A stretch of 64,000 nucleotides of DNA, counting the filler, from Sphacelaria rigidula (Eukaryota), in assembly GCA_964200075.2 (NCBI GenBank). It is 5 parts of 5 records of this genome, joined end to end, with 100 filler letters (N's around TTAATTAATTAA, not from the genome) between each part and the next. Parts side by side here need not be neighbours in the genome. Positions count along the whole stretch, not along the records: positions 1 to 12,722 come from CAXNAA020003472.1; positions 12,823 to 25,544 come from CAXNAA020003473.1; 3 more parts are not named here. The stretch is one strand, 5' to 3'. Below the pieces are notes generated by a model. That model made no database searches. It saw only the letters and a list, made by a program, of their open reading frames with translations, and was not told where the DNA came from. The position numbers and the translations under genes are program-made. This document shows, piece after piece, positions 11,131-25,217 of this stretch. The stretch's first letter is position 1. Each line of letters begins with the position of its first letter.

Positions 11131-12722
11131 CTTTAAGATCGGCAATGGCTTGGTAGACTCGATTCATCTCTACATATTCCGCGCTGTCCTCGGGAGGCGT
11201 GTTCATGGTCACACACGTGAAGATAAGTAGCGGAGGTCGGCGGGTGAGGACGGCGCCATGAAACTTGGATCAGTCGGAGCAGTGTACCAAACCGCCCACT
11301 ACAGCACAGAGCAGCGCAAAGCAGCACACACCAGTACTTTGCGACGGAAGTCACTCATGGAGTGCAGCACAGATCAGTAATGCGATGGAGTGGTACATAC
11401 TATACAGTGTAGTACATTACACAACCGCACATGCCCTAGAGCAATAGTACGAAATAGTGGACCGACCACGACAGTTTACAGTACAGTGCACCAGAGTAGG
11501 AAACAATCCACGACGTTACCGAACAACAGACGGCAGTACAATTGAGTACGATTAAGTACATACAATGTTTCGTGAGATTGAGAGTACAGCTTTGATTGAG
11601 ACTGGGTTTTATCATCCGCTTGAGCTTAACCACTTTTTCATCACGTGTGGGCTTTTCTTTGCCTGTCACACTGCCGTGTGCGTACAGCTACACGTGGATA
11701 TCCTACTCAGGGATATCAAGGGCTTCAGCGACAGGCTACTATAAAAATTGTATCGGGCTTCGCTCAGGGGTATTTCGAAACTGAAACGTTCCGTTCATTA
11801 TTTTACCGCTTCTCACCCTCAATCGTATTCTCTACTGTCAATACCACGAAAGCAGTGTCTTAGTACTCAGCAGACTAGATCAATGCACTACTGTAGAGTA
11901 CACTGCACTGGACCGTGCGCGGTACTTTGCAGTACACTAAGTCGAGTATATTAAATCGAATATAGTACACAGTAGCATGGGGCAGCACGCAACAGTGTCA
12001 TGTGTGTTGCCATTCTATCGTGTACCGTACTGGACCGTGCGAGACGGCGTGCACTGTTGAACGGTACAATCGGTTACACTGGAGTACAGTACAATCAGGA
12101 CAGAGCGGTGCCGTCGAAGACATAGTTTTATACTGAAAATTATCCGCAGTTTGTAAATTTCAGGGGAGCCCGGTTGACCAGCAGACATGCTCGCAGTCGA
12201 TCGCATGCATCACTGTGCTTCCCTAACGAATCGCGAAAATTATTTTTCAGGTGGACTCTATACGTGTGTCATGGGCTACTCCATGCACATCGTCCGGCCT
12301 TGGAACGGCTGGCGTGACCGTCACCCGTCGGCGTACCATTACGTGCCATTCCGGCCACGAGGAACCTATACAGAGCACCACTATTCATACCGGTCAACTC
12401 GGGAGGACATCACCTTTCCACCCAAAAACGGGCACCGAAGGTCCGCCGAAGGTCCGCCTTTAACACAGCTTGCCACCGATGTCGCGTGTTGCGATCGGTG
12501 CTTCTTCATGTAGGGGTTGCCACCCGGGTCAGCTGCGAGTATTTTGCGGCTGATGCTAGCTGATTTCGTGTACAATGATCCTTATGCGGGCATGGGGGCT
12601 TTTTCATTTATTTATTTTCTTTCGGCGCAAGACTGGAAACCTCGAAGCCTTCTGTTGGTTGCACGGTTAGGACAAATAATTCTTCGTCAGGAAATTACTT
12701 GGTTTTAGTATAATAAGTTGAC

Positions 12723-12822
12723 NNNNNNNNNNNNNNNNNNNNNNNNNNNNNNNNNNNNNNNNNNNNTTAATTAATTAANNNNNNNNNNNNNNNNNNNNNN
12801 NNNNNNNNNNNNNNNNNNNNNN
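12723..12822. other. Artificial 100-nt assembly spacer (N44-TTAATTAATTAA-N44)
   Basis: Seen directly; identical spacers at 25545-25644, 38367-38466 and 51189-51288. Confidence 0.98.
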
Positions 12823-12900
12823 CCCCCCCCACCCCCCCCCCCCCCAAATCACGGCCCGGGGCCGCAAAACACAACCCGAACCCCCAGAGGACCCGCGGAG

Positions 12901-12938
<38 letters not shown>

Positions 12939-13216
12939 ATTCTATACTGTGAGATGAACGCTAGTTCATATTCTAGACTGTGATGTGGACGCTAGTTCGT
13001 GTCACCACTCTCATACCTACAACACCACTAATCCTGTAAAGGAGGGGAGAGGAGGGAGGGAGGGGAATTCCGGAAGGGAGCGAGAACAGCTATCGTGAAA
13101 CGTCCCGCTCGGCAGGCAGCGCACGCAAATCATGCGCGTTGACAGCCTTTCGAACGCACAGGCGCGCCCACCTATTGAATCGACATCATCTTCACGTAAA
13201 AAAGTGACCATCCGAT

Positions 13217-16200
13217 TCAAGTGTCCGTCTGCGGGTGCCCGAAGCGTCGACGACACTCCGAGTCACTGGCAACCACCTCCTCATCATCGCCTTTACCACC
13301 CGCCTCCACGTCACCCACCCTCGCCTCCACATCACCCACCCGCGCCTCCCCACCACTCGCCCCCGCCTCCATACCACCCGTCCCCGCCTCCACACCACCC
13401 TCAGCACTTGCACGTGCCTCGTCGTCGCCGGAATCTTTCCTCGCCCCTTCCCCCCCGTTCTCCGCCGCCTCTCCACTCTTCATAAAATGAGCCCATTCTC
13501 TAGTCCAACTCTCTGCCGAGTCCCGCTTCACCAAGGCGTCTGTCAGCACGGATACCAAGTCTCCCCGTTTCATGCCAGCGGCGAGATGGACGAGGGACGG
13601 CGCGAGCTGCTCACCGTTTTCTCGGCGGGGTACGACCGCAATGCTCGCCCCGGCTTCGACCAACGCCCTCGCCGCCGCCAGGTGTCCCCCTTGCACCGCA
13701 AGCGCCAGGGCTGTGCTCCTGGGAAGTGCGTGCGACCGCAACGGTTGAGGGGGGAAAGTGGAGGGGAGGGGGGGGGGGTACTCGTGATTCTTCATGCCGT
13801 AGTTATATCATCATTGACCTCGTATCCTTACAAAGCCGGAACGGAGCACGCCAGGCTTTCACCAGGCTCGCAATCGAACAGGAGCAAAACCATGCCACAG
13901 AAGGCAAGTTCTCTACATCCGTAAAACCACTCCTCAGTGCACCGCACGCTCCGACCGATTCTTCGAGCACTTTCATGGTTTTCACGTTATGCTGGAACTT
14001 TCATTAACGACTGACGCGGGCGGACACGGGATAGGGCGGCTTTGATGACCAAGGGGACTGAGTTCTTGGTTGAGTGTAAAATTTTGTGATCGCCTTGCCG
14101 ACGCTGGCAAGAACAATAGTAGCGGCTTCGACGCACAACTTGCGACTATCCGTACTCAACAGCCAGAGCAAGAACTATACAGGCTGGCCCACCCAGGTAC
14201 TATTGCAAGCGATTGTAAAAATGAATATCTTGGAATTTGCAGCTCAACGTTTGAGAGTTAGGACCTGAGCTCCTACTGACGAAGGTTGAGGGGCGCCTTG
14301 ACCATTCGTTGGCCTTCCGTAACTTTTTTCCTTGCGAGATACGCAGGAAATGTGACAAGACCCCCATGCCTGAAATTTCGCCAAACGGGCCCACTTGCCG
14401 GGGGGGAATAAGAAAATAAACCACGGTAATGGACGCCTGCGAAAAGTCCACACATGACCCTCCCCTCCCCCCCCCCGTGAAAATTGCAGATTACAACTCT
14501 CAAATCTCGAGTGACAAAATTGCTCAAGACTAGCGGCACTTTTTTCGGCCTGTCGTCACTGGGACTACGTCGAGCTGCACTCCGCTTGCGAATCGTCCCA
14601 CGCATTTCGGGAACTCGCCTCCTCCGCAACACTCACCTGCTCGGGTTCAATGTCTCCGCGTCGAGCCTGCAGCCCTTGAAAGTCAACGCGTGGACAATGG
14701 GGGCGTTGCCGTGAGCGGCGGCGATGTGCAACGGTGTCACCGCACTTCCCACCCCTCGCTCTCCCAGCCTAGACAACTGTAGCCCCCGAGCGCCCCGGCA
14801 CCCCGCCAGCCCATCGGCATCTGCCCCCGCCTCTAGTAACACCTTCACCACCTCAACCCCGCCGATAACCCTACATGCGTTGTGAAGGGGTGTAAACTTC
14901 TGCGACGATTCCGGACTCCCTCGTCGTTCTCCGGAAGACCCTACGCCTTCTTTCCTACAGAGAGTCGACGCGGGCGCGGATGGGGTTGGACACGGTGCCG
15001 TCGCTGGGCTCGCCAGGCCCCTGCCACCTTTTTGCTTCGAGCTGTCGTCGTCAATTTCTTTCGAGGTGGGGGGATAGGGATGCCCTGTCCCCGCCTTCCC
15101 CATCGGCACAGCTGCGCCGTTGGGGTCGGCACCCGCCTTCAAGAGAGATTGTACTAGTCGCACCCGCTCTTGCAGGCACGAGGAGGCGACGACAGCTGTG
15201 CTGAGGAGCGATTGGTGGGAGATCAGGTCTGGCCGATGTATGTTGGCGCCTTTTTCGATGAGCTGTTGTTTCCGCGGCACATCGGCGGTGGGGGACGGAT
15301 AGGGGTGATGACGTAGATAGGGTTAAAAAACGGACGGTGGAGGAATTGAGGATAGTTGGGAACCATTGAGGAAGCTTCTAGTTTCGCAGTACCATATTAT
15401 TGCTTGTCGCGTGAACAAAAACATTACACCCATCGGTCAGCACAGCTTGCGCTCGGTATGACCAGCGTATGTGAAATGCGGCACGTTTCACACCTCAGTG
15501 GACGCAGCAAAGCCCAAGAGTTGTATATGAAAACAAGAATCAGCAGAAGAGCAGGCATCATTTGGAACCCAGGTTGAATGTACCACGATTGGAGTGTAAC
15601 CTTGGTTTCAGAGAGCCACCTATGCAGTCAACGTGCAATGGGCCTTGCTCCAAAACCCTGCATAGAACGCGATCGCAAAAGCTCGTATCCACACTGAAAC
15701 CAACGCACGCTGACACGACGCAGGGGCTCTCAAGGGATCACGTACACAGACACCATTTTTTTTGTCAAGAACCGGCACAAAAAACGAAATCTACCGTACA
15801 CCAGAGGCACAGAAACCAATCTCAGAGCCAGAAAGACATTTACCACCACTACCACTACCCCTACCCCTACCCCCCACCCCCGGAAAATCACCTTGTCCAC
15901 CACATCTACGTGGCCTCGTTCCACAGCCACGCTCAGCGGTGTCCTCCCGGACAGCGCACACGCCTCCACATCCTCGAGTCCAAGCTGTTCCAGCAACAGC
16001 CCCACAACCTCCGCGTGTCCCCCCGTCGCCGCCTCGAACAGCGGTGACTCTTTCCCCTCGTTTCCATCGTGACCCACCACTGCTCCGGCCTCCAGCAAAA
16101 CCCGCGCCGCCTCTAACCGCCCGTTCGAGGCGGCGTAGTGCAGCGGCGTCTTTCCAAGCCTCTCGACGTCGTCCTCTCGCCTCAGTCCTTGTCCTTTTGA

Positions 16201-19200
16201 GACGCTCATGCTGCCGCCATGGCCGCCGATTCCTTGATCAGTACCACCTTCGTAGACACCGTCGGCACGTGCCACGGCATCGGGTGTTGCTTCACTTCTT
16301 TCGTCATTCCCACCCGTCGCGTCCACGCGCCCGACGTCCGTTTTTCCGCCGCTGCCCCGTGCGCGTTTTTTCGGCGCTTTCTCCGCTTTTGCCTTGTTGC
16401 CCGTGCCGCCGCCGGTCCCGGATTTCCCCCCGCCCGCTGCCCGACTACTGGATTGTTTTCCCGAGAGTTGAGCAGTTGCCACGCCCGGACCCCCGCCACC
16501 GCCGCCGCCACTACTTTTTCGATCACTGCACCCGCTCCGGTCGCGCGGGGGCGGCCTTGTATATTTTCGCTCGCCTTCGAGTGATTGCTTTCTATTCGCA
16601 CTCTGGACTCGGTCGTTGCTCGTGCTGTTGCAGAGGGCGCCCTTGGTTGATTTGTTTTTGTTGCCCGCGACGTTCCGCTTTCCGCCCCCCCTCAGCTGTA
16701 CGCCCACTTCCAGCATGCCGTTACGCTTCATGTCTCGGCCGTTTGCTCTGACGACTGCCTTGGTGGTGTTGTTGCTACGCGTCGGTGGTCTTTCTCTCGG
16801 CATTGCTGTCATCTGGGGGCTGGTCACCGAAGAACATGGCTCAGATGTCGCAACCGCAGACGTCCTTCGTTTTTTAGATGGGTTGCCCTGTTCCACCTCG
16901 ACCGTTTCACTACTGTTACCCGTCTTCTTTCTCCTTTTTTCCAGGCTCGTATCTCGATAGCCTTCATTTACCGTCTCCGTACTACTCCTCGTTTTCTTCA
17001 CTTTTACGTCACCTTCTTCACATCCGCTTGTCGAGTCTGCCGATCTCTTTTTGTCGTCCGGCTTGGAGCAGAGATTCCGACAGGCGTTACTGAATGCACC
17101 CCGTCGTCCCCCCGCACGTCCAATGGCCTGGCCACGGGGGGCATCATCATTTGAACACAAACGGTTTCCTGCCTTAGCGACGCTTGCGCCCACCGCCCTC
17201 GCCCGTTCCTCTGATATCGCCACAAATTCGCGTTCCCCGTCGACCGCACACACGTCTGCCCCGCAGTCGATCAACTGCTTCGCGAAGGCCGCAAGGCCGA
17301 GAGCGGCCGCAAAGTGCAACGCGGTGTGTCCCCGCCGGTTCGCGAGATTCACGGAGGCTCCCCTCTGCAGAAGCGCCTCCGCAGCGTCTATTTTCTCAGA
17401 CGCCACGGCCACAAGCAGCGCGGTGTCCCCCGCGTGGTTGGTCGCGTCACGGTTTGCCCCGCCTTGCTCGAGCAACGTCTTCACGATGGATGCGGACCCT
17501 CGCATCGCCGCAAGGTGCAGCGCCGTGAACCCTTGCGCGTCCGCTTCGTCGGGAAAGCCTCGCGATTTTCCACGAAGCAGCGCTCTCACCACGTCCGGCC
17601 GCCCGCTATCCGCCGCCATCATCAGCGGAGAGGCACCTACCAAGGACAGCTCTTCGCCTTCCTCATGAGGCACGGTAAGCAAAGCACAGCGCTCTTCTGC
17701 CGGTCGCCGCGGCGGCAGCGGTGAACAGTTCACCTGATCTCCGCCTGCAGCGACAGGCGATAAAACCTGCAGCGACGTCACAGCGGGCAGACCGCCGGCT
17801 AATTTTTGCTTACGACCGCCCGTCGCTGCGCCATCCTCCGCGGCGGGATGCGGCTGCGGGGATGCAGCTCCCATTCCTGGGCGCCTCCTGCGGTCCGCAC
17901 TGGCTACTTCCTCCCAGCCGCCGTCCACGAGGGCTGTAACCACCTCAGCGTGCCCCGCTATGACCGCCTCGTGCAAGAGCAAGCTCAAGCCGCCCCGCTC
18001 TTGTTTCAGCACCGCCGTCGTGCCGTTAGGGTCTGCTCGTGGCGATCGGGCATGGCTTTGAGGGGACACCATCGCTTTTACCACAAAGGCCCATCCAGAC
18101 CGCACCGCAGTATGTAGAGGTGTCACACCTGGGGTTGGTTGGGTGATGAATAATGGCAAACGATATAGCAGTGGCGAAGTACGTTGAGTTACGCTGTTGT
18201 TGCGTTGAAGGGATGTTAACGCGTGTGACGCTGTAATGAGGAAGCGAGTAGCAATACGCCACTCAACACAGAAGAGAACAGCGGGCGTTGGGGGGTAGAA
18301 GACTGCATCCACTCTCACACACCCCGTTGTTTTTCCCTGATTGCTCTTCGAGCTCAGCACACCACGGCGAAGGCTGTCGCGTTGCGCGAGAAAATAGTTG
18401 CGGTACTCTGGACTCCGTGGAAGACGTGAGATTGTTTTACGGTTGGACGAATAAAATCGTGATTCGACTCATGTTCAACATTTGGACGAATCGATCATAC
18501 GATTCGTACAAAAGTTGTGATTTGTACGTGTTTTGGGTCCGTGATTCGTACGACACCACTTCAAGTGTACACATTCCCAATTCGTGATTCGTCGGGTATA
18601 CCGTCAAAGGTACACGTTTCCTACCCTCCATTTGTATGGCGTGAATTATAGGTACATATTTCTCGATGTCCATTCATTCAGCATGAATCATGGGCACGTT
18701 CTCCACCTCCCACACATACGAGGTCAATCAAGCGTACACGATTCTCAATTTCCGTTCATGCAGCATGAATCATACGTACATGTTCCCCACCTTCCATTCA
18801 TACGAGGTGAATCAAGCGTACATGTTTCTCGATTTCCATTTATGCGGCATGCATCAGACGTACATGCTTTTCACCTTCTGTTCATATGATATGAATCACG
18901 TGAGCATGTTGTTTCCCACCTGTCATTTCATGGGGCGGGACTCTTCGGTGGCGCGGCCCTTTCGCAGGTGGGGTAGGCAAATAAAAAGCGTACAGGTCAC
19001 GAACCCCTCAAGAGCCAGATCCGCAACATCCCCAATTTCAAATTTTGTCCTCACACGTAACACATCAACTATGGTACAGTAGTACAACACACGCGTCGGA
19101 GTGCCCAGAATGTTCTTCCTAGCCAATTCTCCCCCCAGAACTATGCTATTGACAGCCTATGCGGTGCAATGTCGTGCTCTGCGGTACAGTTGACCTCAAC

Positions 19201-21540
19201 ATACGGTATGGAATACCACGGACACTTGCGAAGAACACAGCACCAGCACGAGCTGTCCTCGCATGCTCGTGGCAGTTTCGGGAAAACTGCAGCAGCGTAC
19301 TCTGCAATCCGCAGGCAGTACGGTACAGCATGGCAAAGCACGCATGTGCACGCCTAGAGTGATTCTTCTAGCTGATTATTTTTTTATGATTCATACAGCA
19401 TGAATCACGTGATTCATGTATATGTTTTCCGTCTTACGTTCGTGAGCATGAATCATAGATATACGTTTTCCACCTTACATACGAGGTGAATCAAGTGTAC
19501 ATGTATCCTCCCTTTTATTCTGCGCATGCAGCATGAACCACAGGCACGCGTTCTGCACCTCCCATTCATACGGGGTGAATCACACGTACATGTTTGCAAG
19601 TTTATGTTCATGCTGCATGAACCACACGTGAATGTTCTCCGCCTTCCATCCATACGTAGTGAATCAAGCGTTCATGTTTCCCCAACCTCATGCAGCATGA
19701 CTCGTACGTGCATGTTCCCTACCTTCGATTCATGCGAGATGAATCAAGTGTACATGTTCCCCAACCAAGATTCATACAGGAAGTGTGATTCGTACATATT
19801 TGCAATTTTGATTCGTCTGATACTACTTGAAGTGAACACGTTCCCAGTCCGTGATTCGTGCGGTACGACCTCAAACATACAACTTCACCACTCGCATTTC
19901 ATACCGCATGACTCTTTGGTACATGATTTACATCCAACATTCATGGGGAGTCAACCCTTGTGGACTCTGATTCGTCCGAACCGTGGGAGGTTTTAAAAGT
20001 GCGTGCTCCAGCAGCAAAGCTTCGGTCCAACTCAAATAGACGAAAACTCTTCCACACAGGCCTAGGAGACGCCTTCAGTCCGTGCCCCTTCTGGCACACC
20101 GTGTCAAAATAACGCCATTCACGGAAAACGGGACTATAATAGGAAATCGCGGTACCCTTCACCTCCAACTCCGTCAGCAACCCTCACCTTGAGAATCAGC
20201 CGCAACAGCGCTAGCTCCGGAGCGAAGGAGGTACAGTGCGACGACCGGGTCCGAGCCGAAGCCGACACGACAAGCGAGGTGGAGGGGAGTGAGACCATCA
20301 GCGTCCCTGGCGTCTTTGGCGGCGCCGGCCTCTACGAGAGCCTTCGCAGCGTTAGCGTTGGAATCGAGCGCCGCGAAATGTAACGCAGTTCGACCTGTGT
20401 CTTTTTCCACAACATTCACGTCGACTTCATCACGCAGCAGCTGTGTATTACGAGGAAACAGCGCAGTCGGAACAGATAGGGTAACTTACACGTCAGGGTT
20501 CACTCCGAGGAGGGAGGAGCGGGGAGCGTGCGCGGGGTTGGGGAGCTGGATGACGCCAAAGTTATTGAAAGCGAGTATAAGATATGAACAGCGCATTCCA
20601 GCCAATACCCCGATTCGTTAACTCTGAAGCGTTCAGGGGATGTTTACAGAACGGGTGATCATAGATAGAAACGGCATCAAAAACCGTTTGTCCGCAGCCG
20701 CCTGTCGACATCAACTCATGCCTTGGCATTTGAAAGTGCCAAAGTGCATTGATCTTAACCTGAGGTGATCGCCATGAACGCGGCAACCGCTTCGACCACA
20801 ACTCATACCCAGAACTACCTCTTACTGCAAAAACTCACGTCGAATCCGATAAAAAAACAAATGTATGCAAACCGGAGTTGCGCGGTTGCTGAACAACCCA
20901 GCCAGGCGTGCTCACAATCACCCCAGTTCCTGTCACCGACCCCCTACCCGTCAACATCAGTTGTACAGCAGGTGGAAGCGGAATCCCCCCACCGATGGTG
21001 TCTGATCAAGTGCATACCTACCTCTCGGAGTGGCTCGGTGCCCCCAGCCAGAACAGCACGATGAAGCGCCGGTAAGCTGTCTTTCGCCGGGTGCGCTGAG
21101 CGGCACACGTCGTCGTGGGCAAGACCTCCGCGATGTCCTTATTAAAATATGACCCCCAAAGCACACATGTTTACCCGCGCGACGAGCAGAATACAGCGGA
21201 GGGGAATCGATGAGACGGACTGTTGCAGAAGTTACGGGAATTGTGAAAGTTGTGTCTACAGGATCTAGTCACCAAAGACAGACGGGTTGTTATGGACAGC
21301 ACGTCGACGGCCTGCCGTCTGTCGGCAGCGACACGCTCCACTGCAATGTACGCAAAAAGACACTTTCTACAATAGCCCCCCCCCCCAGACCAGCCCAAAA
21401 GTGTCACGAAAGAAATGGCCATACAGCGCCTCATGTTTGGGGTTCAGGCTGTGCATGAAGCGCTTCATATTCGCGGCGTTGGCTAGAACGAACTCAAGCG
21501 TGGGAATTCCCAGCTGCTCGTTGTGCTTGGCTTTTCCCAT
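13217..21540 (-). CDS. Large ankyrin-repeat protein (~1305 aa, 7 exons)
   Basis: Phase-compatible GT-AG exons 21540-21425, 21340-21273, 21137-21022, 20440-20188, 18128-15892, 15262-14637, 13718-13217 total 3918 nt in frame. Many ankyrin motifs (GRTALHFAA, GLTPLHLAC, GVTPLHTAV, GFTALHLAA, GDTALLVAV, GHTALHFAA, GKTPLHYAA, GRTPLSVAV, FTPLHNAC, VTPLHIAA). The first two exons and the exact 3' end are less certain. Confidence 0.88.
13295..13405 (-). repeat. 21-bp coding tandem repeat (GxVEAxx heptapeptides) in the last ankyrin-gene exon
   Basis: GGVEAGT GGMEAGA SGGEARV GDVEARV GDVEAGG in ORF 13217..13795. Confidence 0.75.
13770..13885. mobile_element. MITE-like repeat (GGGGGGTACTC family), intronic
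   Basis: Reverse-complement match to 1-92 and to ~37010-37110. Confidence 0.7.
18439..19984. mobile_element. Intronic TIR element with internal 42-bp tandem repeats, interrupted by a ~450-bp insertion
   Basis: Termini ACGGTTGGACGAATAAAATC and GACTCTGATTCGTCCGAACCGT are inverted. Internal AATCAAGCGTACATGTT...TTCATxCGxxxTG units have 42-bp period at ~18600-18920 and ~19390-19800. Unrelated sequence lies at ~18925-19370. Confidence 0.7.
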
Positions 21541-24500
21541 TTCGAATTAGGTAAATATTTTGCCTCCCAAAGCGATGCACTTTTTGGGGGGTGGGCTATC
21601 ATAAAAAGTGTGGTAAACCACCAGCCTTCTAAATGACACACGTACATACATGAGTATTGTGCGCCGCACGAGAGGCTGATCTTGCTGGCAACTTTGGGTC
21701 TCCACCAAAGGAAGATCGATGAAACTTTCACACAGCAAAGGGGTCGTAACAATCGTCCTAGGACATAGCATTCCCCCCTGCCCCCCCACAAGGGGATTTG
21801 AGCCAGTAGATCTACAGCTTTGGGCGTATATCTATGGTTGACAGCATGACTACTTGATTTTAGGCTTGAGAAAGTTTTGAGAAAATTGTGGACCAGGAGA
21901 ACAAAGAGTTGAGCTACGTATCGCTTGGACGTGAGTCCGTTTTGAACGGGTGATAGATCGAAGCTTGTACATGCAGCTGGCCCTGGGTCGGGCACCGCTA
22001 TTCGATTTCGAAGCTTCTCGTTTTCGAACTCTCACCACTTCTTGCTGCTGCTCTGGTCACCTCTACGTCTTTGCGCCGGTCAAGAACATGAACTTTGCAC
22101 GTGCTACACGGCGAAATATATTGCTGCTTCACAGCAAAATGTGTCACACCCTGGATAATAGATGACGTTGTAAAAACGTGTTCGGTGCAGTATGGGATCT
22201 TTTGTCTATTGCAAATGGACGCAATAGTCAATACTGTACGCAGCACATTTCTTGACAATGCATTATGTTGTCCAGGCTGTGGAATGTATGTACTGCAGGC
22301 TGAGTGCACAGCTGCCCGCTGCTTCATCATGTGCTGAATGTGCACCCTTATAAGAGAAATGAAGAGCGACGCTGCAGCTACAGTGCTTATACACTGATAT
22401 ACAGAGCGATGTAAATGTATACAGTAATCGGTTGATCATGACGTTTTTCTATCGCTTCTGTGGCCTTTGTGCTTTGCTCTTTTACCCTTTCAAGTAGAAG
22501 TAGAGATGCTCTTCATGGTACAGTATTTTTTCACCTTCACATGCTAGCTCCTCGAAAAAGCTTTTACCAGAGCCGAAGGCGAAATGCGGCCCCCCGCAGT
22601 GGGCCCCCGCGGGGGCCCCCCGGGAGGGCTGCCGGAGCGGAAAAATTTGGCCTTTCCCCTTTAAAAAAACCAAAAAATTGGCCTTTTCCCTTTGAAAGAG
22701 GTCCATAAACATGTTCTTCGCCTCCAGCGAAAAAAGACCCCCGAAAACAGTTTTCGCCTACGGCGAAAAGAGCCGCATAGATTTTTTACCTTTCGGCGAA
22801 ATGGCTGCGGCCCAAAACTTTTGGCTGCGGCAAGCCGCAGATGAGCCCTTTGGGAATTTGCGCGCAGCGCAGATTTTCCTAAATATGTGCGCTGCCGCAG
22901 CGCCGCAGACAGTTTTCGACGGCCTGATCGCAAGTACCTGCGAACATTTCCCTGAACTTTCATGCACTTTGAGAGAGTGATCTACACAGCACATTTCGGA
23001 AAAAGATGGGGAAAACCTTCCTCCGCGATCCTCTGCCGACTAGCCTTGTAAGGACGCCATCAGCGGGTCTATCTTCAAGTGGCCCAAGTGCGCAAGTGTA
23101 CTTGCACGGCAGTGGGGTGTGTCAGTGCTTTGCCCCCTAACTACACCGAGACCAGCTCGGGCGGAATATGGGTCTTCGAAGAGCCAAGTTAGACACGCGG
23201 CGAACGCTCGCCAACAACCGGTCGGTGCAGCAAAAACGACATTGCTCGGGTGCCCAAAAGTGGAACAGGGCAATCCATTTTGCGATGCTATTCCAGTCTG
23301 TCGCAGAATACCGCTGTCTACACTGTCGTTGCGCCGTGGGCTGAACGGTACGGTACGGCTGTTGCACTTTTCGGCGATTGCCGTCCCTTTTCGTTTCGCG
23401 GTTTTTCAAAAACGTCGCGTAAGTTTGAAAGAGCCTAACGCGCGGTCCTCGTGTCCGTTTTCGGGTGTCTCAGTCGTACCCAAAGACGAGCGCAAACCGA
23501 CGGCTGATCGCGGAGTGTACAGAGGCACAACACGCGCCGACACCAACTGTTACACTCGTACACGTATACAAAGGTCCATCTTTGCCGTGGAGGACGTACT
23601 GCACCCAAGATCAAGCGTCGAATACGTCAACCAGCGAGACCATGTACCGATCGAAGCATCACTGTCCTACAGTATGGTGATGATGCTCTGACCATGAATA
23701 TAATACTCAATTTGTATAAATTATAATGATAATATGTATCTCACATTTATGGACGTGATATATCAGATCAGTCAACAAGGCTAGCCTCTGGACTCAGGAA
23801 TTCAAAACACATGTTGATCTATCCACCTGGCTTCGTTTCCTCCCTAGCTCTCGTCTTTCCGTTTACACGGATACTTTCGCGTGTGAAAACGGCCGTCGGA
23901 TCCATAGTGCCAGTATCACCGCCGTTTCAGGCATCATTGGCAACGCTCGTTTCCAAGCACGCAACCGCCGCGCTCTCATCCCCACCCCCCGCCGCGCGAA
24001 AAGAGGGTACCCCTTGTTGTATCTTTTTTAGAAAAATTATATTTTATACCTTTTTGATTATTTGCAGGGATGCGGTGGAATTGCGTGCTGGTCACCAGAA
24101 CCGCGATCTTTGCAACGCTCTACCTGACTATTATAGGACTTCACACTTCACCACATCTGCTCACTTTGAATCACGCAACTGGTCCGAGGCCATGTCAACA
24201 GCGGCGAGCTTTGCCGCAATGTGATACAATTGATATTATGGCGCCGCACTGCTTATCGTTCAGTGTTTTAATAAGAGCAGTCTTCGTGTGTATCTTTTCA
24301 AGACGGGGCGCGCAGTCTGTGCCACCCTTGTCGCGTCAGTTGACACCCCAGAACAAAGTTACCATCTTGGTACAGTTGTAAGTTTACGGTAAGCAAGCAG
24401 TAGCGGTCGTGCAATATAGACTTGCTCTGAGAGTAACCACGCTACTAAGCTCTGTACATTCACGTCTGCTGTAGTGCGTTGGAGCGAAGAGGCTGCTCAG

Positions 24501-25217
24501 TAACTCAAGCTGGACTGTCCCCGTCTGTTATCTGTTCCAAGAAGAGCATCTTCGAGGCTGGACGCGTTCTGTGTATACGTGTGCTTGTGTGCTGTACAAG
24601 TAAGTGCGTGTCTGCCTATCACCGAACAATCTTGTGGTTTGAACAACTCGCACAGCTGATTTCGACATTGGTGAGGAAATAAGCCTGTCGTCGATGTTCC
24701 GCCTCACCTGGAGTTGCCACACACTTCACACGCGTTGTTTATCGTTTCATTTGTGGTCACGCGCGCTTCGAAAACGAAGGCGACACCTTGTAAGACAAGC
24801 TGTTCCTGTCTGTTCCCTCCACACAAACCCCCGTCTGTATATTTTTACAAGAAATACACGATCATCGCCTGCCTGCTGTTAACCGCCCGGTGCTGTGCTT
24901 TAGTTCTCAGGACGGTGGATCGATTGGTACGGTCTCGCACATATTACTCGCTTCGAATCAATTTAACAAACTCGTCGATTGAAGCAGATGGCGCCCTGCC
25001 ATGTTTTAGTGGGCAGGAGAGGGTGTTAGAAACGTAGAGAATGCTTCGCCGTCAAAAGCGGCCCGCTCAACGACAATCAGCAACTAGTGGCTACTGCTAT
25101 TACTGCTTTAAACAGCATTGCACAGTAAGTCGCATGCTGCCTGTAAAGAGAACAGATGGACGCACTGAGCGTATGTGTATACTGTACATTGTATGACGTT
25201 TGCTCCTATTATGTACA

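Noticed and set aside
12823..12937. Long C and G homopolymer runs (G-quadruplex or hairpin candidate)
   Set aside because: At a contig edge; probably low-quality sequence or the G-run end of a MITE.
15762..17668. Long plus-strand ORFs (329 aa, 205 aa, etc.)
   Set aside because: Antisense to the GC-rich ankyrin exon; Arg/Pro-rich with no domain signal.
18584..19996. ORFs with 14-aa His-rich repeats; also considered as a CRISPR-like array
   Set aside because: Products of the 42-bp tandem repeat; no unique spacers and no cas genes.
22540..23700. GC-skewed repeat-like stretch and 190-aa ORF 23119..23691
   Set aside because: Looks like a TE end with low-quality homopolymer-rich sequence; no recognisable domain.
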